Source: an uncultured Flavobacteriaceae bacterium (lineage in GTDB: Bacteria > Bacteroidota > Bacteroidia > Flavobacteriales > Flavobacteriaceae). Taken from it: 48,758 bases of DNA. Of this stretch, positions 28,363-37,553 are shown one piece after another. The translations under genes and the position numbers were made by a program. The notes below the pieces were generated by a model that was not told the DNA's origin, did no database searches, and saw nothing but the letters and a program-made list of their open reading frames with translations. Position 1 is the first letter of the stretch. Every line of letters begins with the position of its first letter. The stretch covers positions 1 to 48,758 of the forward strand of contig CALDUJ010000069.1 of assembly GCA_937923735.1 (NCBI GenBank), read 5' to 3'.

Positions 28363-29214
28363 GTGACTGTTCACAAACACAAAAAAGACCTTGAGAAAAC
28401 TGTTCTGGAATTAAAGAGCAAAAATATCTCGATTGGATTAGTGCCGACTATGGGTGCTTTGCATTTAGGACATATTTCTTTGGTGAGACAAGCTTTAGAT
28501 AAAAACGATGTCGTTATAGTCAGCATTTTTGTAAATCCAACGCAATTCGATAATAAAAAAGATCTTGAAAATTATCCTCGCACTTTAAATCAGGATATTG
28601 AGCTTTTAAAAACCGCTTCAAAAGAAAAAATAATAGTTTTTGCTCCAACAGCTAAAGACATATATAACTCTAACATACAAGCAACCGATTTTAGCTTTGA
28701 TGGCCTAGAGTATGAGATGGAAGGTAAGTTTCGTGACGGGCATTTTGATGGCGTTGGCACCATTGTGAAGCGATTATTGGAAATTGCTAGACCTGATAAC
28801 GCCTATTTTGGAAAAAAAGATTTTCAACAATTACAAATAATAAAAAAGCTTGTTGAAAAGCACAAAATTCCTGTCAACATAATAGGTTGTGAGATTGAGC
28901 GAGATGCGGACGGACTGGCAAAAAGTTCGAGAAATATGCGCCTTAAACCGGAATATAGAGAAGCAGCTCCCTTTATTTATAAAACACTTAAATCTGCCAA
29001 GGTGAAATTTGGCACAAAAAGTGCTAATGAAGTAGTAAAATGGGTGACTAAACAATTTGCTAAACATCCTATTCTAAAACTAGAATATTTTATAATTGCA
29101 AATGCTCAAAACCTTAAACCTGTAAAACGAAAATCAAATAATAAATCCTACCGTGCGTTTATAGCTGTTTATGCTGATGATATTAGATTAATAGACAATA
29201 TCGCACTTAATTAA
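28363..29214 (+). CDS. panC: Pantoate--beta-alanine ligase (GTG start)
   Basis: 283 aa. [12 protein letters not shown] and FGKKDFQQL motifs. Confidence 0.93.
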   Translation: MTVHKHKKDLEKTVLELKSKNISIGLVPTMGALHLGHISLVRQALDKNDVVIVSIFVNPTQFDNKKDLENYPRTLNQDIELLKTASKEKIIVFAPTAKDIYNSNIQATDFSFDGLEYEMEGKFRDGHFDGVGTIVKRLLEIARPDNAYFGKKDFQQLQIIKKLVEKHKIPVNIIGCEIERDADGLAKSSRNMRLKPEYREAAPFIYKTLKSAKVKFGTKSANEVVKWVTKQFAKHPILKLEYFIIANAQNLKPVKRKSNNKSYRAFIAVYADDIRLIDNIALN

Positions 29215-29227
29215 TTACCTTTGCCCT

Positions 29228-29578
29228 ATGCAAATTCAAGTTGTAAAATCTAAGATTCATCGCGTTAAAGTCACGGGTGCTGACCTAAACTATATTGGAA
29301 GTATAACCATTGATGAAGACCTCATGGAAGCTGCCAATATCATTCAAGGCGAAAAAGTGCAAATCGTCAATAATGATAATGGAGAGCGACTAGAAACCTA
29401 TTGTATTCCTGGCCCACGAAATAGTGGAGAAATCACTTTAAATGGAGCTGCAGCAAGGAAAGTATCAGTTGGTGATACACTTATCTTGATTACTTACGCA
29501 TTTATGAATATCGAAGAGGCTAAGACTTTCAAGCCTTCATTGGTATTCCCGGACGAAGCAACAAACCTCCTAAAATAG
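29228..29578 (+). CDS. panD: Aspartate 1-decarboxylase
   Basis: 116 aa. [23 protein letters not shown] includes the Gly-Ser self-processing site. Confidence 0.95.
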   Translation: MQIQVVKSKIHRVKVTGADLNYIGSITIDEDLMEAANIIQGEKVQIVNNDNGERLETYCIPGPRNSGEITLNGAAARKVSVGDTLILITYAFMNIEEAKTFKPSLVFPDEATNLLK

Positions 29579-29582
29579 AAGA

Positions 29583-30554
29583 GTGAATATTACTCTAAAA
29601 AAAACACTTTCTCTAGGCATTCCGCTTTTGTTAGCTGTTCTTTTTGGTTGGTATATGTTCTCGAAAATTCCGATATCCGAAATTACCCCTTATTTTAAAA
29701 GTGCTAATTATAGTTGGATTTTTCTTGGTGTCTTTTTTGGACTTCTCAGTCATTTGTCAAGAGCATATCGTTGGCGTTTTCAATTAGAACCTATGGGTTA
29801 TAATATAAAACTCCCTAACAGCATAATGGCAGTCTTCATAACATACTTAACAAATTATGGTATACCTAGATCTGGGGAGGTTTTAAGAGCAGCCTTACTT
29901 ACCAATTATGAAGGCGTCCCTTTTGAAAAAGGCTTTGGAACAATAATAGCAGAACGTGTAGCAGATATGGTTGTAATGCTAGGAATAATAGCTATCACCC
30001 TAATTCTTCAATTTGATTTCATATTAGAACTTCTGCAAAATACTTTTGAGCCTGCTAAGCTAACATTATACTTCGGAATTTTGGCTCTTGTTCTAATTAG
30101 TTTGTTCTTGTTTATTAAAAAAAGTAAATCAAAAATTGCTCTAAAAATTAAAGACTTTTTAAAAGGGTTACTGGAAGGAATACTGAGCATTTTTAAAATG
30201 AAGAAAAAATGGGCCTTTATATTTCACACACTATTTATTTGGTTTATGTACGTGTTAATGTTTTATGTAACCACCTTTGCAATAGAAGACTTGGAAGGTA
30301 TTTCAATTGGCGCTGTACTTATAGCATTTATTGCTGCTAGCTTTACAATTGCCGCAACAAATGGAGGTGTTTTTTTCTATCCAGCAGCAGTTTTAGGGGC
30401 TTTATTACTTTTTGGATTACCTGAAAATCCTAGCTATGCTTTTGGATGGATTATATGGACATCACAAACTATATTGATATTAATTTTCGGTGTTTTATCA
30501 TTTATATTTTTACCTATTTACAATCGAAAAAAATCCCGCAATGTGCTGGATTAG
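29583..30554 (+). CDS. UPF0104 / lysylphosphatidylglycerol-synthase-TM-region (flippase-like) membrane protein (GTG start)
   Basis: 323 aa with about 8 hydrophobic helices and the RAYRWRF / IPRSGEVLRA pattern typical of the family. Confidence 0.7.
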   Translation: MNITLKKTLSLGIPLLLAVLFGWYMFSKIPISEITPYFKSANYSWIFLGVFFGLLSHLSRAYRWRFQLEPMGYNIKLPNSIMAVFITYLTNYGIPRSGEVLRAALLTNYEGVPFEKGFGTIIAERVADMVVMLGIIAITLILQFDFILELLQNTFEPAKLTLYFGILALVLISLFLFIKKSKSKIALKIKDFLKGLLEGILSIFKMKKKWAFIFHTLFIWFMYVLMFYVTTFAIEDLEGISIGAVLIAFIAASFTIAATNGGVFFYPAAVLGALLLFGLPENPSYAFGWIIWTSQTILILIFGVLSFIFLPIYNRKKSRNVLD

Positions 30555-30631
30555 TTCAACTAAGCCTTTATATTAAACAAGTTTCACTAATATTTTTTTA
30601 TCTTGGCAACAAATTACTTAATACCCTAACA

Positions 30632-31780
30632 ATGAAAAACCTACTGTATTTTACCCTATTCTTCCTGTCAACTCAGTTTGTAAATGCGCAGACTCAATAT
30701 GAAGAATTTCCTTCTGTTAAGCTCGAACAGAAACGACAAATTAAGATTCAATTACCTCGTAACTACGAAAAAAATACAGAAAAAACCTATCCGCTTTTTA
30801 TAGTACTTGATGGCGATTATATGTTTGAAGCAGTAGCAGGTAATGTAGATTATTATTCTTACTGGGAAGATATGCCTGAAGCGATTGTAGTTGGCATCAA
30901 CCAAGCTGACACTAGGATGGACGATAGTTTATATTCAGATCAAAATTTCCTTCCTGTAGAATCTGGAGCAGATTTCTTCGAATTTATAGGCATGGAACTC
31001 ATACCTTACTTAAACGAAGCTCACAGAACAGCTGACTTTAGAGTTATTGTAGGCCATGGAGAAACCGCAAATTTTTTAAATTACTATTTATTCAAGGATA
31101 ACCCTTTATTTCATTCTTACATTGCTATTAGTCCAGATTTAGCTCCAGAAATGGAAACTAGAATCACTGAGAGGTTGCTTCAATTTGAAACTCAAAAATT
31201 TTATTATTTAGCAACTTCGGATAATGACTTAAGAAATGTTAAAAAAGGGGTTGATGTTCTCAATACTAATTTAGCATCAATAGACAATCCAAAACTTCAA
31301 TACGGCTTTGATAATTTTGAAGGCCCTTCCCATTATTCTGTTGTAGCGCACGCTATTCCTAAAGCGTTAGAAAGTATTTTTTATGTATTTCAACCCATAA
31401 GCAAAAAAGAATACAAAGAGAAAATCTTGACTTATGAAGGCTCTCCTGTTGATTACCTCACTGAAAAATACAGCATGATTAACGACCTATTCGGGCTTAA
31501 AAAGAAAATATTAATCAACGATTTTAAAGCAATACAGGCTGCTATTGATAAAAAAGCAACGCCTGAGTACTTACAAGATTTAGGTAAATTAGCACGTGAT
31601 CATTATCCAGAAACTTTGCTTGGTAATTACTATATAGCCCGCTATTTTGAAGAAATGGGAGAACCAAAAAAAGCTTATAAAACTTATAAATCTGCTTACA
31701 TTCTTGATGAAATAGCTGGTATTACCAAAGACTTAATGTTAGAAAAAGCAGACGAACTTAAAGCCGATTTTGGATTTTAA
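30632..31780 (+). CDS. Esterase-fold (alpha/beta hydrolase, PF00756-like) secreted protein with a helical TPR-like C-terminal region
   Basis: 382 aa from the ATG at 30632 (MKNLLYFTLFFLSTQFVNAQ, signal peptide). YPLFIVLDGDY and VGHGETANF...ISPDL resemble the putative-esterase family layout. Confidence 0.7.
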   Translation: MKNLLYFTLFFLSTQFVNAQTQYEEFPSVKLEQKRQIKIQLPRNYEKNTEKTYPLFIVLDGDYMFEAVAGNVDYYSYWEDMPEAIVVGINQADTRMDDSLYSDQNFLPVESGADFFEFIGMELIPYLNEAHRTADFRVIVGHGETANFLNYYLFKDNPLFHSYIAISPDLAPEMETRITERLLQFETQKFYYLATSDNDLRNVKKGVDVLNTNLASIDNPKLQYGFDNFEGPSHYSVVAHAIPKALESIFYVFQPISKKEYKEKILTYEGSPVDYLTEKYSMINDLFGLKKKILINDFKAIQAAIDKKATPEYLQDLGKLARDHYPETLLGNYYIARYFEEMGEPKKAYKTYKSAYILDEIAGITKDLMLEKADELKADFGF

Positions 31781-33139
31781 ATGGCTAAAGTAAAAACCAC
31801 TTTTTTTTGTCAGAATTGCGGAAGCCAATATGCTAAATGGCAAGGCCAATGTAATGCCTGTAAAGAGTGGAATACTATTGCTGAAGAAATCCTTCAGAAA
31901 TCAGAAAAAAAAGATTATAAACTAGATTCTGGGAAATCTAATCGCGTAGCAAAACCCCTTACAATAAATCAAATAGATAGCAGTAAAGAAACACGCATAA
32001 AATTAAACGATGATGAGTTTAATCGTGTTCTTGGAGGTGGATTAGTTGGTGGATCTATAGTACTTCTTGGCGGGGAACCAGGGATTGGGAAAAGCACGCT
32101 TTTACTCCAAATGGCATTGAATGTAAATCAAAAAGTGCTTTACGTCTCTGGAGAAGAAAGTCAGAAACAAATAAAAATGCGTGCGGAACGCATCAATCCA
32201 GATAATCAGAGCTGTTATATACTGACAGAAACCAAAACACAAAATATCTTTAAACAGATACAAGATGTGCTTCCAGATATTGTAATAATAGACTCTATCC
32301 AAACGCTTCACAGCGATTATATAGAGTCTTCGGCAGGTAGTATTTCTCAAATAAAAGAATGCACTACTGAACTTATAAAATTTGCTAAAGAAACCTCAAT
32401 TCCAGTATTCTTAATAGGACATATAACTAAAGATGGTACTATTGCTGGGCCTAAAATATTAGAGCATATGGTAGATACTGTGCTTCAATTTGAAGGCGAC
32501 AGGAATCATGTTTTCAGAATACTTCGCGCTCATAAAAATCGATTCGGTAGCACTAATGAATTAGGTATCTACGAAATGCAAGGCTCTGGGCTTAGAGAAG
32601 TTACAAATCCATCAGAATTATTGATTTCAAAAAAAGACGAAGACCTAAGTGGTAATGCTATAGCGGCTACTTTAGAAGGCTTAAGACCTTTAATGATAGA
32701 GGTGCAAGCATTGGTAAGTACAGCAGTATATGGAACTCCCCAACGTAGCGCAACAGGATTCAATGCTAAGAGACTAAATATGCTACTAGCGGTTCTAGAA
32801 AAACGTGCTGGTTTCAAACTTGCTGCTAAAGATGTATTTATAAATATCACTGGTGGCATTACTATTGATGACCCCGCAATAGATTTAGCAGTGGTAGCAG
32901 CAATTTTATCTTCTAACGATGATGTTTCACTACCAAAAGACTACTGCTTTGCTGCAGAGGTAGGGCTTTCAGGCGAAATTCGCCCAGTAACGCGCATAGA
33001 CCAACGAATATCGGAAGCAGAAAAACTCGGTTTTTCAAGTATTTTTGTGTCAAAACATAACAAAATAGCACTTAAAGACAGTAATATTAAAATAAAATTA
33101 GTTTCTAAAATAGAAGACATATCAAGCTTACTACTCTAG
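31781..33139 (+). CDS. radA: DNA repair protein RadA
   Basis: 452 aa. Zinc finger CQNCGSQYAKWQGQCNACKEW, Walker A GEPGIGKST, KNRFG motif and a Lon-like C-domain. Confidence 0.96.
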   Translation: MAKVKTTFFCQNCGSQYAKWQGQCNACKEWNTIAEEILQKSEKKDYKLDSGKSNRVAKPLTINQIDSSKETRIKLNDDEFNRVLGGGLVGGSIVLLGGEPGIGKSTLLLQMALNVNQKVLYVSGEESQKQIKMRAERINPDNQSCYILTETKTQNIFKQIQDVLPDIVIIDSIQTLHSDYIESSAGSISQIKECTTELIKFAKETSIPVFLIGHITKDGTIAGPKILEHMVDTVLQFEGDRNHVFRILRAHKNRFGSTNELGIYEMQGSGLREVTNPSELLISKKDEDLSGNAIAATLEGLRPLMIEVQALVSTAVYGTPQRSATGFNAKRLNMLLAVLEKRAGFKLAAKDVFINITGGITIDDPAIDLAVVAAILSSNDDVSLPKDYCFAAEVGLSGEIRPVTRIDQRISEAEKLGFSSIFVSKHNKIALKDSNIKIKLVSKIEDISSLLL

Positions 33140-33295
33140 AATCTCTATCTACACGCCACATATTATAGGATTTTTATGCATTTTATCGAATTTTAACATA
33201 TATTAGCCGAAAATATAAGGTTCTGATAAAACCTTTACCATATTTTTACTGTAGATAATTTGTCCCCCAAACGCAGATTATTTAAAATAATAGAC

Positions 33296-36200
33296 ATGAA
33301 CAATCTAAAACCTACTTTAGCATTACTGCTTACTGTTCTCGTAATCCAATTTGGTTACACACAATCTGCATCCCCTGGAGATGTGGAAAATGATTTAGTG
33401 ATGTGGCTCAAAGCCAATGATGGCATTACTTTATCAGGAGCCGAAGTCACCGCATGGGACGACCAATCTAAAAACAACTCTTTTACAGCCTTAAAAGAAA
33501 ATCTAGCTGGCTTTTCTGGACCAGAATTCTTAGCGGAAGAATTAAATTTCAATCCTACTCTACGATTTGATGGCACTGATTATTTGGCTATTGACTATAC
33601 TGACAATAAGGCAAGAGATTTAAATATTGACCCATCAGCTGGAGACAAAATGACCATCTTTAGTGTATTTACATTAGCAGATGCAGATTCTAAAGGAACT
33701 ATAATTAGTAAAGGCACAGAAAGTTCTCGTAATTACCAAGTATGGCTTGGAGAGTTTGATCGTGTAATGCATTATACTCTAGGAAGAGACACTAATCTTG
33801 GAGATGAAGGTCATCATTGGGGAGATGGTTTGCTAGACGCGCGCTACGAAGCAAAAATATCTAGAGGAGTTGTAGATGGCGTTATAACCTCTTACATAAA
33901 CTCAAGGCAAGATACATTTGCTCGAAATGATGGCATTGGTAATGGCAACACCAACATGGATATCCTTGTAGGAGCTCGAAGAAATTTTAACAATAATGAT
34001 GTTGGTTTTCTGCTTAAAGGAGATTTAGCTGAATTGATAATATACAACGAAGCACTTACTTCAGCAGAAATAAATAGAGTAGAGTCCTATTTAGCAATAA
34101 AATATGGCATTACTCTAGGATATAATGATAGTCAAGCATACACAGGCACAAGTGATAACTACTATGCATCAGATGGCTCAGTTATTTGGAATGGAACAAC
34201 TAATGCTGGTTGGGGATTCAATGTTTTTGGGGTTGCTAGAGATGACGATTCAGATTTAATACAATTAAAATCTAGAAGTGCTAATGTGCAAAGAAACACG
34301 GCAACATCTCCTCCAACAATTTTCGATGCAATCTTAACTATAGAAAGCGAATCCGGAGCTATAGAGAATGACAAAAGTTATTTATTAGTAGGTCATAACG
34401 GGGGTGATATTTCATTACAATCCGCTTCAGTACCTACAAGAGCTACTGATTTATTGAATAGGCTATGGGTTGCAAGAGAAGGTGCAAATGACGTCGGCAA
34501 TGTAACCCTCACTTTCAACCTAAGCCAATATACTGGTTCTACAATAAGCAATCCTAAAAATTTAGATCTTTTTGTCGCTGATAATACAGCAATGACTAAT
34601 TATACAAATTATCAAGGAACCTATAATGCTGGAACTGGTGAATTAACATTTACTGGTATAAACCTAAAAGATGCAGAGTATTTAACACTTGGAACACCAG
34701 TTGTTATAGCAGGCTCTAACAGATTAGAGTTTGATGGTGTCGACGATTATATTACTGGTATTAATGAATCTTTATCACTATTCAATCAGAGCAATACAAA
34801 TGGAATAACCATTATGGGCTGGATTAAAAGTGATTCTGATGTATCAGATACTACCACAAAATTCGTTTTTGGAGAAAGAGATGCTATCGAATTATTCATT
34901 ACAGATGAAGATATTAGAGCCTATATTCATACTGTTTCTTCTACAGGCAGTAACTCTACGAATGACGTATACAGAACAACAACTGGAATAGAACGAGGGA
35001 TATGGAGACATGTTGGTATTACAGTCGATTTTGTTAATAATGAAGCTTCATTACTTTTAGATGGCGAATGGGTTTTTATAACTAATCTTATAGATGCTGT
35101 GAGATTTCAGAGTGAAGACACAACCGTAGAGGAAACTTTCAGAATGGGTAATGACCCCTCTTTATTAGCTTCTCAGTACTTCCAAGGAGATATTGATGAA
35201 TTAAGGATTTTTGATAGAATAGTTTCTGAAGAAGATATAAAGGAAATGATGTATCAAGAAATAGAGAATAATGGCGGTAATATTAGAGGGTCAATATTAC
35301 CAAACAATATAAGTAATTATAATTGGAGCGATTTAGCAAGTTATCAGCCAATGTCTAACATTAGAGGTAACATGCTTTATAATGAATCATCAGCTAGATA
35401 CGATTCTAAACTCAACTTTATAGATAACATCCAGCCGCAAACGGCACCATTACCTTACACTACCATTCAGGATGGTGATTGGAGCGATAAAAATACATGG
35501 ACACATGGAGATATGTGGTTTATTCCAGGAGATGAAGTATCCGAAGCTGCCACCTTTGGCAATGATGAGCGTGTGCATTGGGGTATTTATCACATAAGAA
35601 ACAATATCACTCTAACCACATCTATGTCTGAAACTGCTTTACCAAGAGCAACAGAAGGTATCGAGGCCTTGGGATTAATTATCGATGAGGAAGATGCTTT
35701 AAACAATCCTATTTCTTTTACAATAGGTGATGGTTCAGAAGATTTTCAAGTCAATGTTTCAAGATATTTTGAACTTAACGGGGCTTTAGATTTAACTGGA
35801 GATTCTCAGTTAATACAGGGCAGTAACAGTAATCTTGTGACTTCAGCTAACGGAAAAATATTAAGACGTCAGGAAGGAAACAGTGATGTTTATTGGTATA
35901 ACTATTGGAGTTCTCCAGTAGGTAGTCTTAGTACGACCACATTAACTAATAATAACGGAACTAGCAATAACACTAATAACACTACCTTCAATTTAGCAAT
36001 GCTAAAAGATGGTACTGGTACCGCCATGGAATTTACTTCTAATTGGGATGAAGTTGGTAAAATAAGTAATAGGTGGTTATATAGCTTCCAGAACGGACAA
36101 GATTATTACGGATGGAGCGCTCTAACTCCCTCTAGCAGTCTAGTACCCGGCGTAGGATATACACAAAAAGGAACAGGTATGGCTAATGCGGATGGACTAC

Positions 36201-37435
36201 AAGAGTATATCTTTGAAGGCAAACCAAACAACGGAACCATATTAGTTGCTGCTGATGATGTAGATGGAGATACTACCACAGAAAGTGATGATGGTTCAAG
36301 AACTACTACATTAATAGGCAACCCATATCCTTCGGCTTTAGATGCAAGACAATTTATAATTGATAACTCGGGCACTATTAATGGTACCATTCTTTTGTGG
36401 GAGCAATGGGCTGGGAACTCACACATATTAGCAGAGTACCAAGGTGGGTATGGATACATTAATACCATGGCAACAGCAAGAGCCTATCAATATCAAGGGG
36501 TAGAAATTGCAGATCCTGTAGACCCAATGGCAAGAGGTATTAAAACGCCTAGATTTAATATTCCAGTCGGTCAAGGGTTCTTTGTAGAAGTAATTAGTGA
36601 TAGTGGTAATATTGAGTTTAATAACGGGCAGCGAATATTCATAAAGGAATCTGACGCCGATGGTAATAATAGTCCAAATAGCGGTTCAGTCTTTTCTAGA
36701 AGTGCAAATAATCATGACATCCAAGATGGGGAAGCTGAAGAAGAAAACCCCTATCAATTAATCCGAATGGAATTCAAGACTTCTGGAGGAGCTTCAAGAC
36801 GATTTGTACTTGGCTTTAGTGAAACTGCAACTGATGGGTTTGATTATGGATTAGATGGAGGTTACGTTAATGACCTTCCAGAAGACGATATGGGTAGTAT
36901 ATTAAACAACAAGCAATATGTCATCCAAGCATTTGCCCCTATTACACCAGAAAAAGAGATAGACCTTACCATAAATGTTTCTGGAGATTATAACTACAGT
37001 CTAGAAGCAGTTGAATTCAGTAATCTTGATGAAAACCAAGAAGTTTATCTAAGAGATAACTTGACAAATACGTATTTCAATCTAAGAAATGGTAATGCTT
37101 ACGAATTTACATCTGCTCCTGGTCAATTTAATGACAGATTTTATATCGTATTTAAGAATAGTCAAACGCTTTCAAACGAGGATATCTTATTAGAAAATAC
37201 ACTTATATACATGAATAATCTTGAAGAAAAGCTATTCATTAAAGGTCTTAATCAAGATGCTAAAAGCATAACCTTAACAAACATGTTAGGACAGAATCTA
37301 AAATCCATGGTAGATGTTTCAAACAATACTATGGAAAACGGAATTATCATTCATAATCTAAATTCTGGCATATATGTTGTTAATATAGAAACTGAAGGTA
37401 ACGACCAGTTATCTAAAAAAATTATTTTGGAGTAA
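33296..37435 (+). CDS. Large T9SS-sorted surface protein with two LamG/concanavalin-A-like domains and a conserved uncharacterised module
   Basis: 1379 aa from the ATG at 33296 (signal peptide MNNLKPTLALLLTVLVIQFGYTQS). LamG-type endings are GDLAELIIYNEALTSAEINRVESYLAIKYGI and FQGDIDELRIFDRIVSEEDI. The C-terminal about 80 aa (KLFIKGLN...GIYVVNIETEGNDQLSKKIILE) looks like a type A Por secretion sorting domain. Confidence 0.85.
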   Translation: MNNLKPTLALLLTVLVIQFGYTQSASPGDVENDLVMWLKANDGITLSGAEVTAWDDQSKNNSFTALKENLAGFSGPEFLAEELNFNPTLRFDGTDYLAIDYTDNKARDLNIDPSAGDKMTIFSVFTLADADSKGTIISKGTESSRNYQVWLGEFDRVMHYTLGRDTNLGDEGHHWGDGLLDARYEAKISRGVVDGVITSYINSRQDTFARNDGIGNGNTNMDILVGARRNFNNNDVGFLLKGDLAELIIYNEALTSAEINRVESYLAIKYGITLGYNDSQAYTGTSDNYYASDGSVIWNGTTNAGWGFNVFGVARDDDSDLIQLKSRSANVQRNTATSPPTIFDAILTIESESGAIENDKSYLLVGHNGGDISLQSASVPTRATDLLNRLWVAREGANDVGNVTLTFNLSQYTGSTISNPKNLDLFVADNTAMTNYTNYQGTYNAGTGELTFTGINLKDAEYLTLGTPVVIAGSNRLEFDGVDDYITGINESLSLFNQSNTNGITIMGWIKSDSDVSDTTTKFVFGERDAIELFITDEDIRAYIHTVSSTGSNSTNDVYRTTTGIERGIWRHVGITVDFVNNEASLLLDGEWVFITNLIDAVRFQSEDTTVEETFRMGNDPSLLASQYFQGDIDELRIFDRIVSEEDIKEMMYQEIENNGGNIRGSILPNNISNYNWSDLASYQPMSNIRGNMLYNESSARYDSKLNFIDNIQPQTAPLPYTTIQDGDWSDKNTWTHGDMWFIPGDEVSEAATFGNDERVHWGIYHIRNNITLTTSMSETALPRATEGIEALGLIIDEEDALNNPISFTIGDGSEDFQVNVSRYFELNGALDLTGDSQLIQGSNSNLVTSANGKILRRQEGNSDVYWYNYWSSPVGSLSTTTLTNNNGTSNNTNNTTFNLAMLKDGTGTAMEFTSNWDEVGKISNRWLYSFQNGQDYYGWSALTPSSSLVPGVGYTQKGTGMANADGLQEYIFEGKPNNGTILVAADDVDGDTTTESDDGSRTTTLIGNPYPSALDARQFIIDNSGTINGTILLWEQWAGNSHILAEYQGGYGYINTMATARAYQYQGVEIADPVDPMARGIKTPRFNIPVGQGFFVEVISDSGNIEFNNGQRIFIKESDADGNNSPNSGSVFSRSANNHDIQDGEAEEENPYQLIRMEFKTSGGASRRFVLGFSETATDGFDYGLDGGYVNDLPEDDMGSILNNKQYVIQAFAPITPEKEIDLTINVSGDYNYSLEAVEFSNLDENQEVYLRDNLTNTYFNLRNGNAYEFTSAPGQFNDRFYIVFKNSQTLSNEDILLENTLIYMNNLEEKLFIKGLNQDAKSITLTNMLGQNLKSMVDVSNNTMENGIIIHNLNSGIYVVNIETEGNDQLSKKIILE

Positions 37436-37521
37436 ATTGCTATTAATCCAAATGCTGAAATCCCTTGTCAGAAATGATGGGGGTTTTCTAATTTACACCA
37501 TTTCAATTCAGTTTTAATTAT

Positions 37522-37529
37522 TAATTTTG
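37522..37529 (+). promoter_or_regulatory. Candidate -7 box TAATTTTG for ileS
   Basis: Exact TAnnTTTG, 25 nt upstream of the ATG at 37554. It overlaps the alternative TTG start at 37527 given in the ORF track, which argues against that start. Confidence 0.4.
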
Positions 37530-37553
37530 CAACCTTATAAGAAACAAAATTCA

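Noticed and set aside
33217-33235. Weak hairpin AAGGTT-ctgataa-AACCTT as a radA terminator
   Set aside because: It has only 6 mostly A/T base pairs and a 7-nt loop, without a convincing U-tract, so it is not reportable as a terminator.
37457-37488. Imperfect hairpin GAAATCCC...GGGTTTTC after the T9SS protein gene
   Set aside because: The stem has an internal mismatch and a loop of about 16 nt. It could be a weak terminator but the evidence is insufficient.
37527-37553. Longer N-terminal extensions offered by the ORF track: ileS at 37527, AstE-like at 45213, esterase at 30446, SGNH at 20797, GT5-like at 28295, T9SS protein at 33260, DUF2975-1 at 7439 and VCBS at 10908
   Set aside because: In each case an internal ATG gives a proper signal peptide or the conserved N-terminus. 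It also removes overlap with a neighbouring gene or with a -7 promoter box. The extensions have no homology-like content.
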